A DNA stretch of 62,041 bases, counting the filler. It is 6 parts of 6 records of this genome, joined end to end, with 100 filler letters (N's around TTAATTAATTAA, not from the genome) between each part and the next. Parts side by side here need not be neighbours in the genome. Positions count along the whole stretch, not along the records: positions 15,549 to 22,170 come from DRR723986_2429; positions 22,271 to 35,531 come from DRR723986_2430; 4 more parts are not named here. The stretch is one strand, 5' to 3'. Each line of letters starts with the position of its first letter. The stretch's first letter is position 1. This document shows positions 21,906 to 32,049 of the stretch, one piece after another. Both the position numbers and the translations under genes were made by a program. Below the pieces are notes generated by a model that was not told the origin of the DNA, searched no databases, and saw only the letters and a program-made list of their open reading frames with translations.

Positions 21906-22170
21906 TTATGACTGAAGCGTTGCCTGGGTCTTTTCCTTGACCTCATCCAGCGTTACGCCGTCCGCGAGTTCAACCACTTTCAGGCCGCCTTCGACAACAT
22001 CGAAGACACCGAAATTGGTGATCACGCGATCAACGCATTTCACGCCGGTAAGCGGTAGCGAGCATTCTTTCAGAAGCTTGGGATCGCCAGCCTTGGAGGT
22101 GTGATCCATGATCACCACCACGCGCTTGACGCCGGCGACGAGATCCATCGCGCCGCCCATGCCCTTGACC
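21906..22170 (-). CDS. scoB: 3-oxoacid CoA-transferase subunit B (5' end cut by contig end)
   Basis: KGMGGAMDLV...CSLPLTG motif. Confidence 0.9.
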
Positions 22171-22270
22171 NNNNNNNNNNNNNNNNNNNNNNNNNNNNNN
22201 NNNNNNNNNNNNNNTTAATTAATTAANNNNNNNNNNNNNNNNNNNNNNNNNNNNNNNNNNNNNNNNNNNN
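22171..22270. other. Artificial contig spacer
   Basis: N44-TTAATTAATTAA-N44. Confidence 0.99.
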
Positions 22271-22338
22271 GCGGGGGATTGAGTTTTTTTGGCCAAATGA
22301 AGCATTGATCCGCGCATTTGGCCCGCTAGTTCCGGGAT

Positions 22339-23004
22339 ATGAGAGATGTTTTGATCATAGGGTCCAGCGGCGGGATCGGTTCGGCATTGATGCAGGAGCA
22401 TCAGGCACGTGGGGATCGTGTGGTGGGCCTGTCGCGGTCCGGCGACGGGTTGGATGTGACGGACCCTGACAGCGTTACGCATCATTTGGGGCGGCTGGCG
22501 GGGCCGTTTGATCAGGTGATTGTCGCCAGCGGCGCGTTGGAGATTGGCGGCGCAGCGCCGGAAAAGACCATTCGTGCGGTGCGCAAGGACGCGATGATGG
22601 ATCAATTTGCGCTCAATGCGGTTGGTCCGGCGCTGGTGCTGGCCCAAGCGCATCGCTTGCTGCGCAAGGATCGCCGCGCGGTGTTTGCGGTTTTGTCGGC
22701 GCGGGTAGGATCCATCGGCGACAATCGTTTGGGCGGCTGGATCAGCTATCGCAGTGCCAAGGCAGCGGTGAACCAGATTGTCCACACAGCGGCAATCGAA
22801 TTGTCCCGCAGTCATCCGCAGAGCATCTGCGTGGCGCTGCATCCGGGCACTGTGGCGACCCCGTTTACCGCGGCCTATCTGGGCCGCCATCCCGCCGTAC
22901 CAGCGGAGGAAGCTGCGCAAAATCTCATGGGAGTTATGGATGGCCTGACGCCTGCACAAACTGGCGGTTTTTTTGACTGGGCGGGCAGCGAGGTGCCGTT
23001 GTGA
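22339..23004 (+). CDS. Short-chain dehydrogenase, C-factor/CsgA-like
   Basis: GSSGGIG, SARVGSIGDN, YRSAK, LHPGTV motifs. Confidence 0.92.
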   Translation: MRDVLIIGSSGGIGSALMQEHQARGDRVVGLSRSGDGLDVTDPDSVTHHLGRLAGPFDQVIVASGALEIGGAAPEKTIRAVRKDAMMDQFALNAVGPALVLAQAHRLLRKDRRAVFAVLSARVGSIGDNRLGGWISYRSAKAAVNQIVHTAAIELSRSHPQSICVALHPGTVATPFTAAYLGRHPAVPAEEAAQNLMGVMDGLTPAQTGGFFDWAGSEVPL

Positions 23005-24527
23005 GCCGGTTGATTTTGGTGTTGGGGGATCAGTTGTCGGAAGGGCTCAGCGCCCTGTCAGCGGCAGACAAGGATCGCGATGTCATCGTGATGGCCGAGG
23101 TTGCCGATGAGGCCGGATATGTCCGCCACCATCCCAAGAAGATCGCATTGGTCTTTGCTGCAATGCGCAAATTTGCGCAGGCGTTGAAAGACGACGGTTG
23201 GGATCTGCGCTATACCCAGCTCGACGATACGCACAATGCTGGCTCCATCGTCGGAGAACTGCTGCGCCGGGCAGAAGAGACCGGGGCGCAAGAGGTGATA
23301 TGTACCGAACCGGGCGAATGGCGGCTGATCGAAAAGCTGAAGTATGCACCGATCAAGGTTCAGATGTTGCCTGATGATCGTTTTCTCGCGTCCCATGCTG
23401 ATTTTGAGAGCTGGGCCGAGGGGCGCAAAGCTTTGCGGATGGAGTATTTCTATCGTGAGATGCGGCGCAAAACCGGTTTGTTGATGGAGGGCGATGACCC
23501 CGCTGGCGGGCAGTGGAATTACGATCACGACAACCGCAAGCCTGCGCCGGATGACGTGGATTATGATGGGCCGTTACGGTTTGAGCCTGACGCTTTGACC
23601 ACAGAGGTGCTGGATCTGGTCGAGGCCCGCTTTGCCGATCATTTTGGTGATCTTTATCCCTTCGAATTTGCCACCACCCGTGCGCAGGCACTGGAGGCTT
23701 TGGATCACTTCATCACCCATGCGTTGCCGAAATTCGGGGATTATCAAGATGCCATGTCGGAAGAGCATGAGACCCTCTATCATGCGGTCCTGTCGCCCTA
23801 CCTGAACATTGGATTGCTCGGACCGATCGAGATTTGCCAAGCGGCAGAAAAGGCGTGGCAGGATGGAGACGTACCGATCAACGCGGCCGAAGGGTTCATC
23901 CGCCAGATCATCGGTTGGCGCGAATATGTGCGGGGCATCTATTTTCTGGAAGGGCCGGATTATGTCACCCGCAACGCCCTGCGTCATGACCGGGATTTGC
24001 CGGATTTCTATTGGGGCGCTGAGACAAAAATGAACTGTATCGCCCATGCGGTGCACCAGACCAAAACCAGCGCCTATGCCCATCACATTCAGCGGCTTAT
24101 GGTGACGGGCAATTTTGCCCTTTTGGCCGGAGTGGACCCCGCACAGGTGCACGAATGGTATCTGGAGGTTTACGCCGATGCGTTTGAATGGGTCGAGGCA
24201 CCCAATACCATCGGGATGAGCCAGCTTGCCGATGGCGGGGTCATTGCGTCCAAGCCCTATGTGTCATCAGGGGCCTACATCAACCGGATGTCGAATTACT
24301 GCAAAGGCTGCGCATACAAGGTCAGCGTGAAAACCGGCGAGGGGGCCTGCCCGTTCAACCTGTTGTATTGGCACTTTCTGGACCGGCATCGGGACAGGTT
24401 CAAAGACAATGCGCGGATGGGCAATATGTACCGCACCTGGGACCGCATGGATGCGAACCGGCGCGAAACCGTTTTGAAAGATGCGGGCAAATGGCTCAAA
24501 CGTTTGGACGCGGGCGAGGTGGTTTGA
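23001..24527 (+). CDS. FeS-cluster bacterial cryptochrome/(6-4) photolyase (CryB/PhrB type)
   Basis: LVLGDQL, HPKKI, HHIQRLMV, KPYVSSG; four Cys (MNC, YCKGC, ACPFN); GTGA overlap with the SDR. Confidence 0.94.
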   Translation: MSRLILVLGDQLSEGLSALSAADKDRDVIVMAEVADEAGYVRHHPKKIALVFAAMRKFAQALKDDGWDLRYTQLDDTHNAGSIVGELLRRAEETGAQEVICTEPGEWRLIEKLKYAPIKVQMLPDDRFLASHADFESWAEGRKALRMEYFYREMRRKTGLLMEGDDPAGGQWNYDHDNRKPAPDDVDYDGPLRFEPDALTTEVLDLVEARFADHFGDLYPFEFATTRAQALEALDHFITHALPKFGDYQDAMSEEHETLYHAVLSPYLNIGLLGPIEICQAAEKAWQDGDVPINAAEGFIRQIIGWREYVRGIYFLEGPDYVTRNALRHDRDLPDFYWGAETKMNCIAHAVHQTKTSAYAHHIQRLMVTGNFALLAGVDPAQVHEWYLEVYADAFEWVEAPNTIGMSQLADGGVIASKPYVSSGAYINRMSNYCKGCAYKVSVKTGEGACPFNLLYWHFLDRHRDRFKDNARMGNMYRTWDRMDANRRETVLKDAGKWLKRLDAGEVV

Positions 24528-24528
24528 C

Positions 24529-24954
24529 CTAAGCGCCCTCGTCTGTGACCAGCCAATCGTCCAGCGTTGCCTTTACTGCATCTGGCCATGCCACCGAGGT
24601 ATGTTTGTCCAGATCAGAGGCCGCAAGAACCTGCGTGCTGTTCCAGCGTTTTTCGCCTTTGCAACTGATCTCGTGCTTGAGCGTCACGGAGGACCGCCCC
24701 ACGCGCACCACGCGCAATTCAAACGTCAGGGTCTGACCAAACAGCGACGGGATCGAGAAATCGCAGGTCAGGTGAACCGTGGGGGTGCCCCAGCGTTCTT
24801 TCCAGATGATCTCGTGCCATGGATAGCCGATGTGCGCCCAGTATTCCTCGTTCACGCCGTTGAGCAGATTGAGGTAGGAGGGGAAATAGGCGGTGCCGGA
24901 AATATCGCAATCGCCAAAGCGCAATTCGCGGTCGGTGACAAATACCTTGCCCAT
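24529..24954 (-). CDS. Acyl-CoA thioesterase (4-HBA-CoA thioesterase family)
   Basis: RFGDCDISGTAYFPSY hotdog-fold motif; start MGKVF with GAGGAG upstream. Confidence 0.85.
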   Translation of the reverse strand: MGKVFVTDRELRFGDCDISGTAYFPSYLNLLNGVNEEYWAHIGYPWHEIIWKERWGTPTVHLTCDFSIPSLFGQTLTFELRVVRVGRSSVTLKHEISCKGEKRWNSTQVLAASDLDKHTSVAWPDAVKATLDDWLVTDEGA

Positions 24955-25030
24955 GCTGCACGGCTCCTCTCTGTGTTGGTCCGGCCCCTGTTTAGCGTGA
25001 AACAAGGGCCGGTCACAATGCGGCGCAGCA

Positions 25031-25375
25031 TCAGCCGTGGCTGGCGCGGCTGTCCTTTGGTGCTTGATCCCGGTCTGCGAGGCCATAGTCGCGGATCACA
25101 TGGGCGATGCGCAGATGATAATCGGTAAAAATACCCGCCCGCCCCTTGGCCTGCGCCTTGCGATGGGCAGCCAGTTTGCGCCAGTTTTGCACGGCTTCTT
25201 CATCGCGGAAGAATGACAGGGACAACAACTTGTCCGGGTTGGTCAGACTTTGAAACCTTTCGACAGAGATAAACCCGTCCACCTGATCGACCAGCGGTTT
25301 CATCTCAGCGGCAAGGTCGAGGTAATCGCCTTTGCGGTCCGGGTGCGGCATCACTTCGAATATTACAGCGATCAT
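25031..25375 (-). CDS. Antibiotic biosynthesis monooxygenase (ABM) family protein
   Basis: MIAVIFEV...GFISVERF...HRKAQAKGR. Confidence 0.9.
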   Translation of the reverse strand: MIAVIFEVMPHPDRKGDYLDLAAEMKPLVDQVDGFISVERFQSLTNPDKLLSLSFFRDEEAVQNWRKLAAHRKAQAKGRAGIFTDYHLRIAHVIRDYGLADRDQAPKDSRASHG

Positions 25376-25695
25376 TTTTGCGCTCCATGCGGTGTGGACA
25401 CCAGCTTGAGAAAGGTCCGGTCCTCGCGCAAGAGGAACTTTTCGGATTGGGCAAACTCATAATTCTCGCGGCCCAGCGGATCTGCGGCCAACCGGGCGCG
25501 ATAGGCCTCATAAGCGGCCAGATCCGGGATGTTATAGATGCCATAGGCAAGGGTGCTGGACCCTTCGTGCGGGGCGTAATAACCGATCAGATCGGCGCCG
25601 CAGCGCGGGATCGCCTGACCCCAGTTGCGGGCGTATTGTTCGAAGGCGGCTTTCTTGGTGGGGTCGATGTGGTATTTGATGATACAGGTCAGCAT
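25372..25695 (-). CDS. NIPSNAP family protein
   Basis: LIGYYAPHEG...LAAYEAYRARL pattern; ATGA overlap with the ABM gene. Confidence 0.88.
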   Translation of the reverse strand: MLTCIIKYHIDPTKKAAFEQYARNWGQAIPRCGADLIGYYAPHEGSSTLAYGIYNIPDLAAYEAYRARLAADPLGRENYEFAQSEKFLLREDRTFLKLVSTPHGAQK

Positions 25696-25765
25696 GGGTG
25701 TCTCCTTGTTGCTGGCCCGGTTCTAGCGGATTGATCGGCGGCAATGCTTCGGCTATGGTCGAAGT

Positions 25766-26449
25766 ATGAAAGACGGCCCAGACATATCCCGCATTGCGGC
25801 GCTGATCGGTGATCCGGCCCGCGCCAATATCCTGACCGCGCTGATGGCGGGCAAGGCCCTGACCGCCACCGAATTGGCCGGAGAGGCGGGTGTGACCGTG
25901 CAAACCGCCAGCGCCCATTTGTCCAAATTGGAGGCAGCGGAGATGATCCAGTGCCGCAAATCCGGGCGGCACAAGTATTTCACGCTTGGCAATGACGATG
26001 TGGCCCATGCGCTTGAGGCGCTGATGGGTCTGGCTGCGGGCGCGGGACACTTGCGCACCCGCACTGGCCCGCGCGATGCAGCACTGCGCGAGGCGCGGGT
26101 TTGCTACAGCCATTTGGCAGGTGAAAAGGGCATCACGCTTTATCAGGGTCTATTGGCACGCGGCATGCTGCATGAGACCGGAGAAGCCGTGACCCTGACC
26201 GCCAAAGGTGAGGTGTTCCTGACGGATTTTGGCGTCGATCTGACCGCACTCAAACGCAGCAAGACGCCGCTGTGCCGGTCCTGTCTGGATTGGAGCGCCC
26301 GGCAAACCCATCTGGCGGGCAGTGTCGGACGGGCCATTCTGGCACAGATGCAGGCCCTCGGTTGGGCACAGCGCGAGGATGGCACACGGGTGGTCCGGTT
26401 CTCGCCCGAAGGTGAGGCCGCGTTTCAGGATGTTTTTGGTCGGCTTTAA
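25766..26449 (+). CDS. ArsR/SmtB family regulator
   Basis: IGDPARANIL, TASAHLSKL, ARVCYSHLAG, CLDWS motifs; divergent from NIPSNAP-ABM. Confidence 0.9.
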   Translation: MKDGPDISRIAALIGDPARANILTALMAGKALTATELAGEAGVTVQTASAHLSKLEAAEMIQCRKSGRHKYFTLGNDDVAHALEALMGLAAGAGHLRTRTGPRDAALREARVCYSHLAGEKGITLYQGLLARGMLHETGEAVTLTAKGEVFLTDFGVDLTALKRSKTPLCRSCLDWSARQTHLAGSVGRAILAQMQALGWAQREDGTRVVRFSPEGEAAFQDVFGRL

Positions 26450-27246
26450 AGCTGACCTTTGGCCTTCAGCCGCTTCATCGCATAGCCAAGGTGTTTGGTG
26501 CTGAACGAATGCCCACCCGGAAACAGGCAGTATTCCAGAATATCTCCGGCAGCGTTTGCACGGGTCTCACAAGACAGGTTCAGCGGCTGGCTTTGCGCCG
26601 GTTTCCCGAAATTTCCAAAGCTGCGGTAATGGGTCAGGGCGTCCATCACCCGGCCCTGATGTGTCTCGCCAATGGGGCGGCCGTTCAATGGCACCGTGCG
26701 GTCGGCATCGCCGTGGACATGGACAATGCTGCGGGTCGGTGCGGCGCAGTCTGCGGGCGGTTCCTTCCAGTAAGTGCCGGAAAACGGCACAAAGGCGGCG
26801 AAGGGCTGCGGGTGCAAACACGCCAGATACCAGACCATCATGCCGCCCGCGCTAAACCCGCTGGCGACCAAACGGGCGGGGTCGATGTCAAAACGGGCAA
26901 CGGCATCGGCAATGACCGCGTCAAAATAGGCAAACTCCGCCGCGCCGGTGCTGTCCATGGTGCGTGGCCCGTTGGGCAGGTTCCATGACCCGTTCACACC
27001 CTGCACCGCGATCAGGGCCAGCCCGGCCTCCGCCGCCACCCGCCGCAAGGCGCGGTTGCGCATCACCCCTGCCGCGCTGCCGCGATAGCCGTGTGCCCAG
27101 ATCAACGCGCCTACAGGGGCCGCGCCATCCTGCGATTGGGGCAATGAGATCCGGTAGGATCGATCACCGATGACACAATCACTGTCCGGGCCGCAGGCAA
27201 AGGCCGGGGCGGCAAGCAGGCTCAAAAGGAGGGCAAGAATACGCAT
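26446..27246 (-). CDS. Secreted alpha/beta hydrolase (PHB depolymerase/LpqC-like)
   Basis: Signal peptide, HGY, GFSAGG nucleophile elbow, HGDAD, GGH. Confidence 0.85.
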   Translation of the reverse strand: MRILALLLSLLAAPAFACGPDSDCVIGDRSYRISLPQSQDGAAPVGALIWAHGYRGSAAGVMRNRALRRVAAEAGLALIAVQGVNGSWNLPNGPRTMDSTGAAEFAYFDAVIADAVARFDIDPARLVASGFSAGGMMVWYLACLHPQPFAAFVPFSGTYWKEPPADCAAPTRSIVHVHGDADRTVPLNGRPIGETHQGRVMDALTHYRSFGNFGKPAQSQPLNLSCETRANAAGDILEYCLFPGGHSFSTKHLGYAMKRLKAKGQL

Positions 27247-27278
27247 GCCGGGCAGAGTGCAACGCCCCGCGCCAAGGC

Positions 27279-27803
27279 TCAATTCACATCCCCGTGCACA
27301 GCCTTTGCATGCAGGGCTTTGGCCTCTGCCGCCAGATCATCCACGGATCGGTCTTTCAGGATCGGTTCAGGAATAACGATATGATGGCCAGTGCTGCGCC
27401 CGTTGGACCAGGAGGTCAGCCGTCGCCAAGCGGTTTGCCGATCCCGAAAGGCAATGGGATCATGCAGGGCAAAGCCCAGAAACCGATGCCCCTTTTGGCC
27501 GGTGATCACGCCGATGTCCTTGATCTCGGCCCATTCTGCCGGTTCCGCGTAATAGCCAGAGATGCCATTTTGATCCATGCGCAGCGCCATAGGCGCGCGC
27601 AGGGCCACACCGGCAAAGTAGAACGCCAGTGCCGCACAACCGACGCCGACGGCAAAAGTGACAAACGGCAGGGCGTCCATCGGGGCCGTGCGTGTCAGGA
27701 CCAGACCAAAAAAGCCCAGACAAAACGCCGCCAGCACCGCAAAAGCGCCCGCGATCATCAGCGATCTGCTGCGCCGGATCGGAACAAGGATCGGCGGCGT
27801 CAT
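27279..27803 (-). CDS. Hypothetical two-TM membrane protein
   Basis: Two hydrophobic helices then a soluble domain; co-oriented between nadE and the hydrolase. Confidence 0.75.
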   Translation of the reverse strand: MTPPILVPIRRSRSLMIAGAFAVLAAFCLGFFGLVLTRTAPMDALPFVTFAVGVGCAALAFYFAGVALRAPMALRMDQNGISGYYAEPAEWAEIKDIGVITGQKGHRFLGFALHDPIAFRDRQTAWRRLTSWSNGRSTGHHIVIPEPILKDRSVDDLAAEAKALHAKAVHGDVN

Positions 27804-27807
27804 CGCC

Positions 27808-29466
27808 TCAACTCGGATCGCGCCAGCGGTTCACAATCGGATAGCGCCGGTCCAGCCAGAACGCGCCTTTGGTCAGGCGTGGTCCGGGGGCGGACTGGAA
27901 CCGCTTGTATTCGGAGATGTAAATCAGATGCTCCACCTTCTTGGCGATATCCCGGTCAAACCCGGCGGCGACACAATCCTCAATCGACCCGTCTTGATCC
28001 ACCAGAATCTCAAGGATCGCGTCCAGCACCGGATAATCCGGCAGGCTGTCGCTGTCTTTTTGATCTTCGCGCAACTCGGCTGTGGGCGGTTTGGTGATGA
28101 TGCGGTCAGGGATCATCTCGCCTTTTGGCCCCATCATCCAGTCGCGGTGATTGGTGTTGCGCCAGCGGCAGGTCTCAAACACACGGGTTTTGTACATATC
28201 CTTGATCGGATTATAGCCGCCCGACATATCGCCGTAGATCGTGGCATAGCCCACCGCGACCTCGGATTTGTTGCCGGTGGTCAGCAGCATTTCGCCAAAC
28301 TTGTTGGACATCGCCATCAACAACAATCCGCGCAAGCGGGACTGGATGTTTTCCTCGGTCAAGCCGGGCTCATACCCTTCGAACAAGGGGGCAAGCGTGC
28401 TGGTAATCGCGGCGCGGCCTTCGGAGATTGGCACGTAATCGTATCTGCAGCCCAAAGCCTTGGCGACTGCTTCGGCATCATCAAGGGATGTTTGCGATGT
28501 GTATTCCGAGGGCAGCATCACACAGCGCACATTGTCTGCGCCAAGGGCGTCCACGGCGATGGTGGCCACAATGGCGCTGTCGATGCCACCGGACAGGCCC
28601 AGCAACACCTTTTTGAACCCGGTTTTGCGCATGTAGTCGCGCAGACCCAGAACCATCACGCGGTAATCCTGTTCCCAGGCATCCGGCAGATGCGCCAGCT
28701 CTTGTTGGACCACGCGCCAACCTTCAGGACCACGTTCCAGATCCACATGGGTGATCTGCCGTTCAAACGCGGGCAATTGCATGGCCAGTTGGCCGCCGGG
28801 GTTCAGGGCAAAGGACGCGCCGTCAAAGACCTGATCATCCTGTCCGCCAATCATGTTGAGATAGATCAGCGGCAGACCGGTCTCGATCACCCGCGCGACC
28901 ATCACGTTCATGCGGGTTTCCATCTTGTTGCGGTAATAGGGCGACCCGTTGGGCACCAGCAGGAACTCCGCGCCCGTTTCCTCAAGCGTTTCTGCCACAT
29001 CGGGGTGCCATGCATCCTCGCAAATCGGTGATCCGATCCGGGTGTTGCCAACGGAGTAAGGCCCGCCCAATGGTCCGGCATCAAAGATGCGGACCTCGTC
29101 AAAAACGGTCTCGTTGGGCAGATTGTATTTGAGCGACCGGCTGGCGATTTTGCCGCCTTTCAGGATCAGATAGGCATTATAGAGCGCGGTGCCTTCGGCC
29201 CACGGCGCCCCAATGGCCAATGCAGGCCCATCCGCGCAATCGGCGGCCAATGCCTCAATATGGGTCATAACATCCAGCTGAAACGCGCGTTTCATCACCA
29301 GATCCTGCGCGTTGTAGCCGGTGATGAACATCTCCGGCAGGGCGACCAGATCTGCACCAGCCTCTTTGCCGGCCTGCCATGCCTCGCGGGCCAGCGCGGC
29401 GTTGCCCGCCAAATCCCCGACGGTTGGGTTCAACTGACCCAATGTGATGCGAAACCGGTCTGCCAT
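27808..29466 (-). CDS. nadE: Glutamine-dependent NAD+ synthetase
   Basis: Nitrilase domain (PE, K, ICED) plus SGGIDS, ENIQSR, TGNKSE, PPTAELR. Confidence 0.97.
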   Translation of the reverse strand: MADRFRITLGQLNPTVGDLAGNAALAREAWQAGKEAGADLVALPEMFITGYNAQDLVMKRAFQLDVMTHIEALAADCADGPALAIGAPWAEGTALYNAYLILKGGKIASRSLKYNLPNETVFDEVRIFDAGPLGGPYSVGNTRIGSPICEDAWHPDVAETLEETGAEFLLVPNGSPYYRNKMETRMNVMVARVIETGLPLIYLNMIGGQDDQVFDGASFALNPGGQLAMQLPAFERQITHVDLERGPEGWRVVQQELAHLPDAWEQDYRVMVLGLRDYMRKTGFKKVLLGLSGGIDSAIVATIAVDALGADNVRCVMLPSEYTSQTSLDDAEAVAKALGCRYDYVPISEGRAAITSTLAPLFEGYEPGLTEENIQSRLRGLLLMAMSNKFGEMLLTTGNKSEVAVGYATIYGDMSGGYNPIKDMYKTRVFETCRWRNTNHRDWMMGPKGEMIPDRIITKPPTAELREDQKDSDSLPDYPVLDAILEILVDQDGSIEDCVAAGFDRDIAKKVEHLIYISEYKRFQSAPGPRLTKGAFWLDRRYPIVNRWRDPS

Positions 29467-29557
29467 GCGCTGCCTCGATAGATAAATACGTCTGCACTGT
29501 GATGTAGCAGATCATCGGCGGGGGAAAACCCCAATCGCGCCCAAGCGTTGCGCCCGA

Positions 29558-29983
29558 TCAGCGCGGCGGAAGGCGTTCAAAGGCGGGAAGGCCGTCTGGA
29601 ACCAGATGAAACGGCTGCTGATCCACCATATAAATTGCGGCTTTGGCTGCGCCAAATTGCGAGGGGTTATCCAATGTGCCAACCTTGAGGACCACATGAT
29701 CCCGCGCGGGAAGTTTGGTTAAGATATGGGTGCCACATTGCCCGCAGAAACAGCGGGTGACCGCCCCCTCCAGATCCGAACGGGTGAATTCCTGCGGGCT
29801 GCCTTTGGTCCAGCGAAAGCCATCCTTGGGCATCATCATAAAGTAGTTCGGCCCGCCGCCCGAAAAATACTGGCATTCGCGGCAGTGGCATTGCGCCTTA
29901 AAAACCGGTGCGCCTTCGGCGGCATATGCCAGCGCTCCGCAATAGCAATGGCCGGTGTATGGGATTTGGGCGTTATCGGTCAT
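29558..29983 (-). CDS. GFA family zinc-binding protein
   Basis: GHCYCG, CHCRECQ, FCGQCGT. Confidence 0.92.
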   Translation of the reverse strand: MTDNAQIPYTGHCYCGALAYAAEGAPVFKAQCHCRECQYFSGGGPNYFMMMPKDGFRWTKGSPQEFTRSDLEGAVTRCFCGQCGTHILTKLPARDHVVLKVGTLDNPSQFGAAKAAIYMVDQQPFHLVPDGLPAFERLPPR

Positions 29984-30169
29984 AGAAACCTCCTGTTTGA
30001 CGGCAGCCTAGGCGGCTTTTTCCAGCGGGTCGAGAGGCGCAGATCGCGCCACAACCGACCCCGACAAAAGACGATTGCCCCCTTTGGCCCCTTTGCATAG
30101 GCTACCGCTCAAAGGCCGCAGGGGGTGCGGCCCAAACCGATCCGGCGCAGTCTTGCGTGAAAAACAGGT

Positions 30170-31564
30170 ATGTCCATGTCGCTCCGTTCCTTGTTGCTTT
30201 GCCTCTCGTTGTTGCCCTTGCCCGCATTGGCGCAGGATGGGCAGGTCCAGACCAAACAATATGATGATGGCGGGATCTATGAGGGCAGTTTCCGTGGCGG
30301 ATTGCAGCATGGTCAAGGCAGCTACAAATTGCCCAACGGCTATGAATACAGCGGCAATTGGGAAGACGGGGAAATCAAGGGCGAAGGCGTCGCCCGTTTT
30401 CCCAACGGATCGGTCTATGAGGGCAACTTTGCCAAGGGCAAACCGGACGGGTTTGGCAAGATCACCTTTGCCGATGGTGGCACCTATGAAGGGGAATGGG
30501 AGGCTGGCGCGATCATGGGGCAGGGCGTCGCGCTTTATGCCAATGGGGTGCGTTATGAGGGACAGTTCCGCAATGCCAAACACCACGGCAAAGGCGTGAT
30601 GCAAAGCCCTGGCGGTTATGAATACAAGGGCGATTGGGTGGATGGGGCCAAACACGGGGTTGGCACGATCACCTATCCCGATGGGGCGGTCTATGACGGT
30701 GATATCCGCGAGGGCAAGCGCCACGGCACCGGAACACTGACAATGCCGGACGGCTTGATTTATGTCGGATCATGGAAAGACGGCCAGATCGACGGCACGG
30801 GCAAGCTGACCCAAGCCAATGGCGATGTCTATGAGGGCATCCTTGTCAGTGGCCGCCGCGAAGGGCGCGGTAAGGTCACCTATGCCAATGGCGACACCTA
30901 CGAAGGCAGCTTCAAGGATGATCGCCGCGACGGTCAGGGCACATTCACCGGGGCTGATGGCTATGTCTACTCCGGCTCTTGGGTGGCAGGGCAGATCGAA
31001 GGGCAGGGGACAGTCACATATCCGGACGGGTCGGTCTATGTGGGATCATTTCGCAATGATCTGGCCGATGGCGAGGGCAAGATCACCTATCCTGATGGTT
31101 CCACCTACGAAGGCGATTGGGCCGGCGGCGTGATTGAAGGGCAGGGCAAGGCGACCTATCCCAATGGTGTGGTTTATGAGGGCAGCTTTAAAAATGCCCG
31201 GAACGACGGACAGGGCGTTATGACCTATGCCGATGGCTATCGCTATGAGGGCACATGGAAAGATGGCCAGCGCCATGGACAGGGCAAAGCCACCTATCCC
31301 GATGGCACCATCTATGTGGGTGAGTTCGACATGGGACAGCGTCACGGCACCGGCAACATCACCATGGCCAGCGGATTTGTCTATGAAGGCCAATGGTTCC
31401 GCGGCGAGATCGAAGGGCAGGGTAAAGCAACCTATGCCAATGGTGACGTCTATGAGGGCACCTTCAAAGCAGGCAAACGACAGGGCGCGGGCACCATGCG
31501 CTATGCCACGGGCGAAGAGGCCAGCGGAGATTGGGAGAACGGCGCGCTGAACGACGGCGGCTGA
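30170..31564 (+). CDS. Secreted MORN-repeat protein (18 full repeats plus a partial one)
   Basis: Signal peptide, then 23-aa YxGxW/FxxGxxxGxG repeats. Confidence 0.95.
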   Translation: MSMSLRSLLLCLSLLPLPALAQDGQVQTKQYDDGGIYEGSFRGGLQHGQGSYKLPNGYEYSGNWEDGEIKGEGVARFPNGSVYEGNFAKGKPDGFGKITFADGGTYEGEWEAGAIMGQGVALYANGVRYEGQFRNAKHHGKGVMQSPGGYEYKGDWVDGAKHGVGTITYPDGAVYDGDIREGKRHGTGTLTMPDGLIYVGSWKDGQIDGTGKLTQANGDVYEGILVSGRREGRGKVTYANGDTYEGSFKDDRRDGQGTFTGADGYVYSGSWVAGQIEGQGTVTYPDGSVYVGSFRNDLADGEGKITYPDGSTYEGDWAGGVIEGQGKATYPNGVVYEGSFKNARNDGQGVMTYADGYRYEGTWKDGQRHGQGKATYPDGTIYVGEFDMGQRHGTGNITMASGFVYEGQWFRGEIEGQGKATYANGDVYEGTFKAGKRQGAGTMRYATGEEASGDWENGALNDGG

Positions 31565-31585
31565 CCAAGCGGCAAAGGATGCACG

Positions 31586-31987
31586 ATGGATGAGGTTGCG
31601 GAGTTTCTGGCAAAGGTTGAGCCGCCGCGCCGCCATGCAGAGGCGGCCGAACTGGACGCGCTGTTTCGCAAAGTCACCGGCTGGCAGCCACGGTTCTACA
31701 AAGGCGGCATGTTGGGGTATGGGCGCTATGATTACACCTACACCTCTGGCCGCAGCGGCAGCACATTTGCCACCGGATTTGCCCCCCGCAAGGCGAAGTT
31801 GTCGATCTACATCATGCCGGGATATGCCAATTTCGATCCGATTTTGGCGCGGCTGGGCAAACACAGCAAAGGCAAGTCCTGCCTTTACCTCAACAAACTG
31901 GCCGATGCCGACACGGATGTCCTCGCCGAATTGATCCGCGCCGGTTTGAAGGACTTAAACGGACATTGGCCAGTGCAGCCGACCTAA
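31586..31987 (+). CDS. DUF1801 family protein
   Basis: GYGRYDYTY.SGRSG, GFAPRK, LGKHSKGKSCLY. Confidence 0.88.
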   Translation: MDEVAEFLAKVEPPRRHAEAAELDALFRKVTGWQPRFYKGGMLGYGRYDYTYTSGRSGSTFATGFAPRKAKLSIYIMPGYANFDPILARLGKHSKGKSCLYLNKLADADTDVLAELIRAGLKDLNGHWPVQPT

Positions 31988-32049
31988 GCTGTTTACTGGA
32001 CAATTCTGCGGCGCTGTGACAGGTGACCGTTGCGATAGGAGAATACCAA

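Noticed and set aside
27658-29031. Long antisense ORFs (also 8247-9434, 32278-33366, 33427-34698, 44503-45642, 49144-50469)
   Set aside because: Shadows of well-supported genes in GC-rich DNA, with no recognisable motifs
30170-31564. 69-bp periodicity as a DNA repeat array
   Set aside because: Fully explained by protein-level MORN repeats with divergent codons
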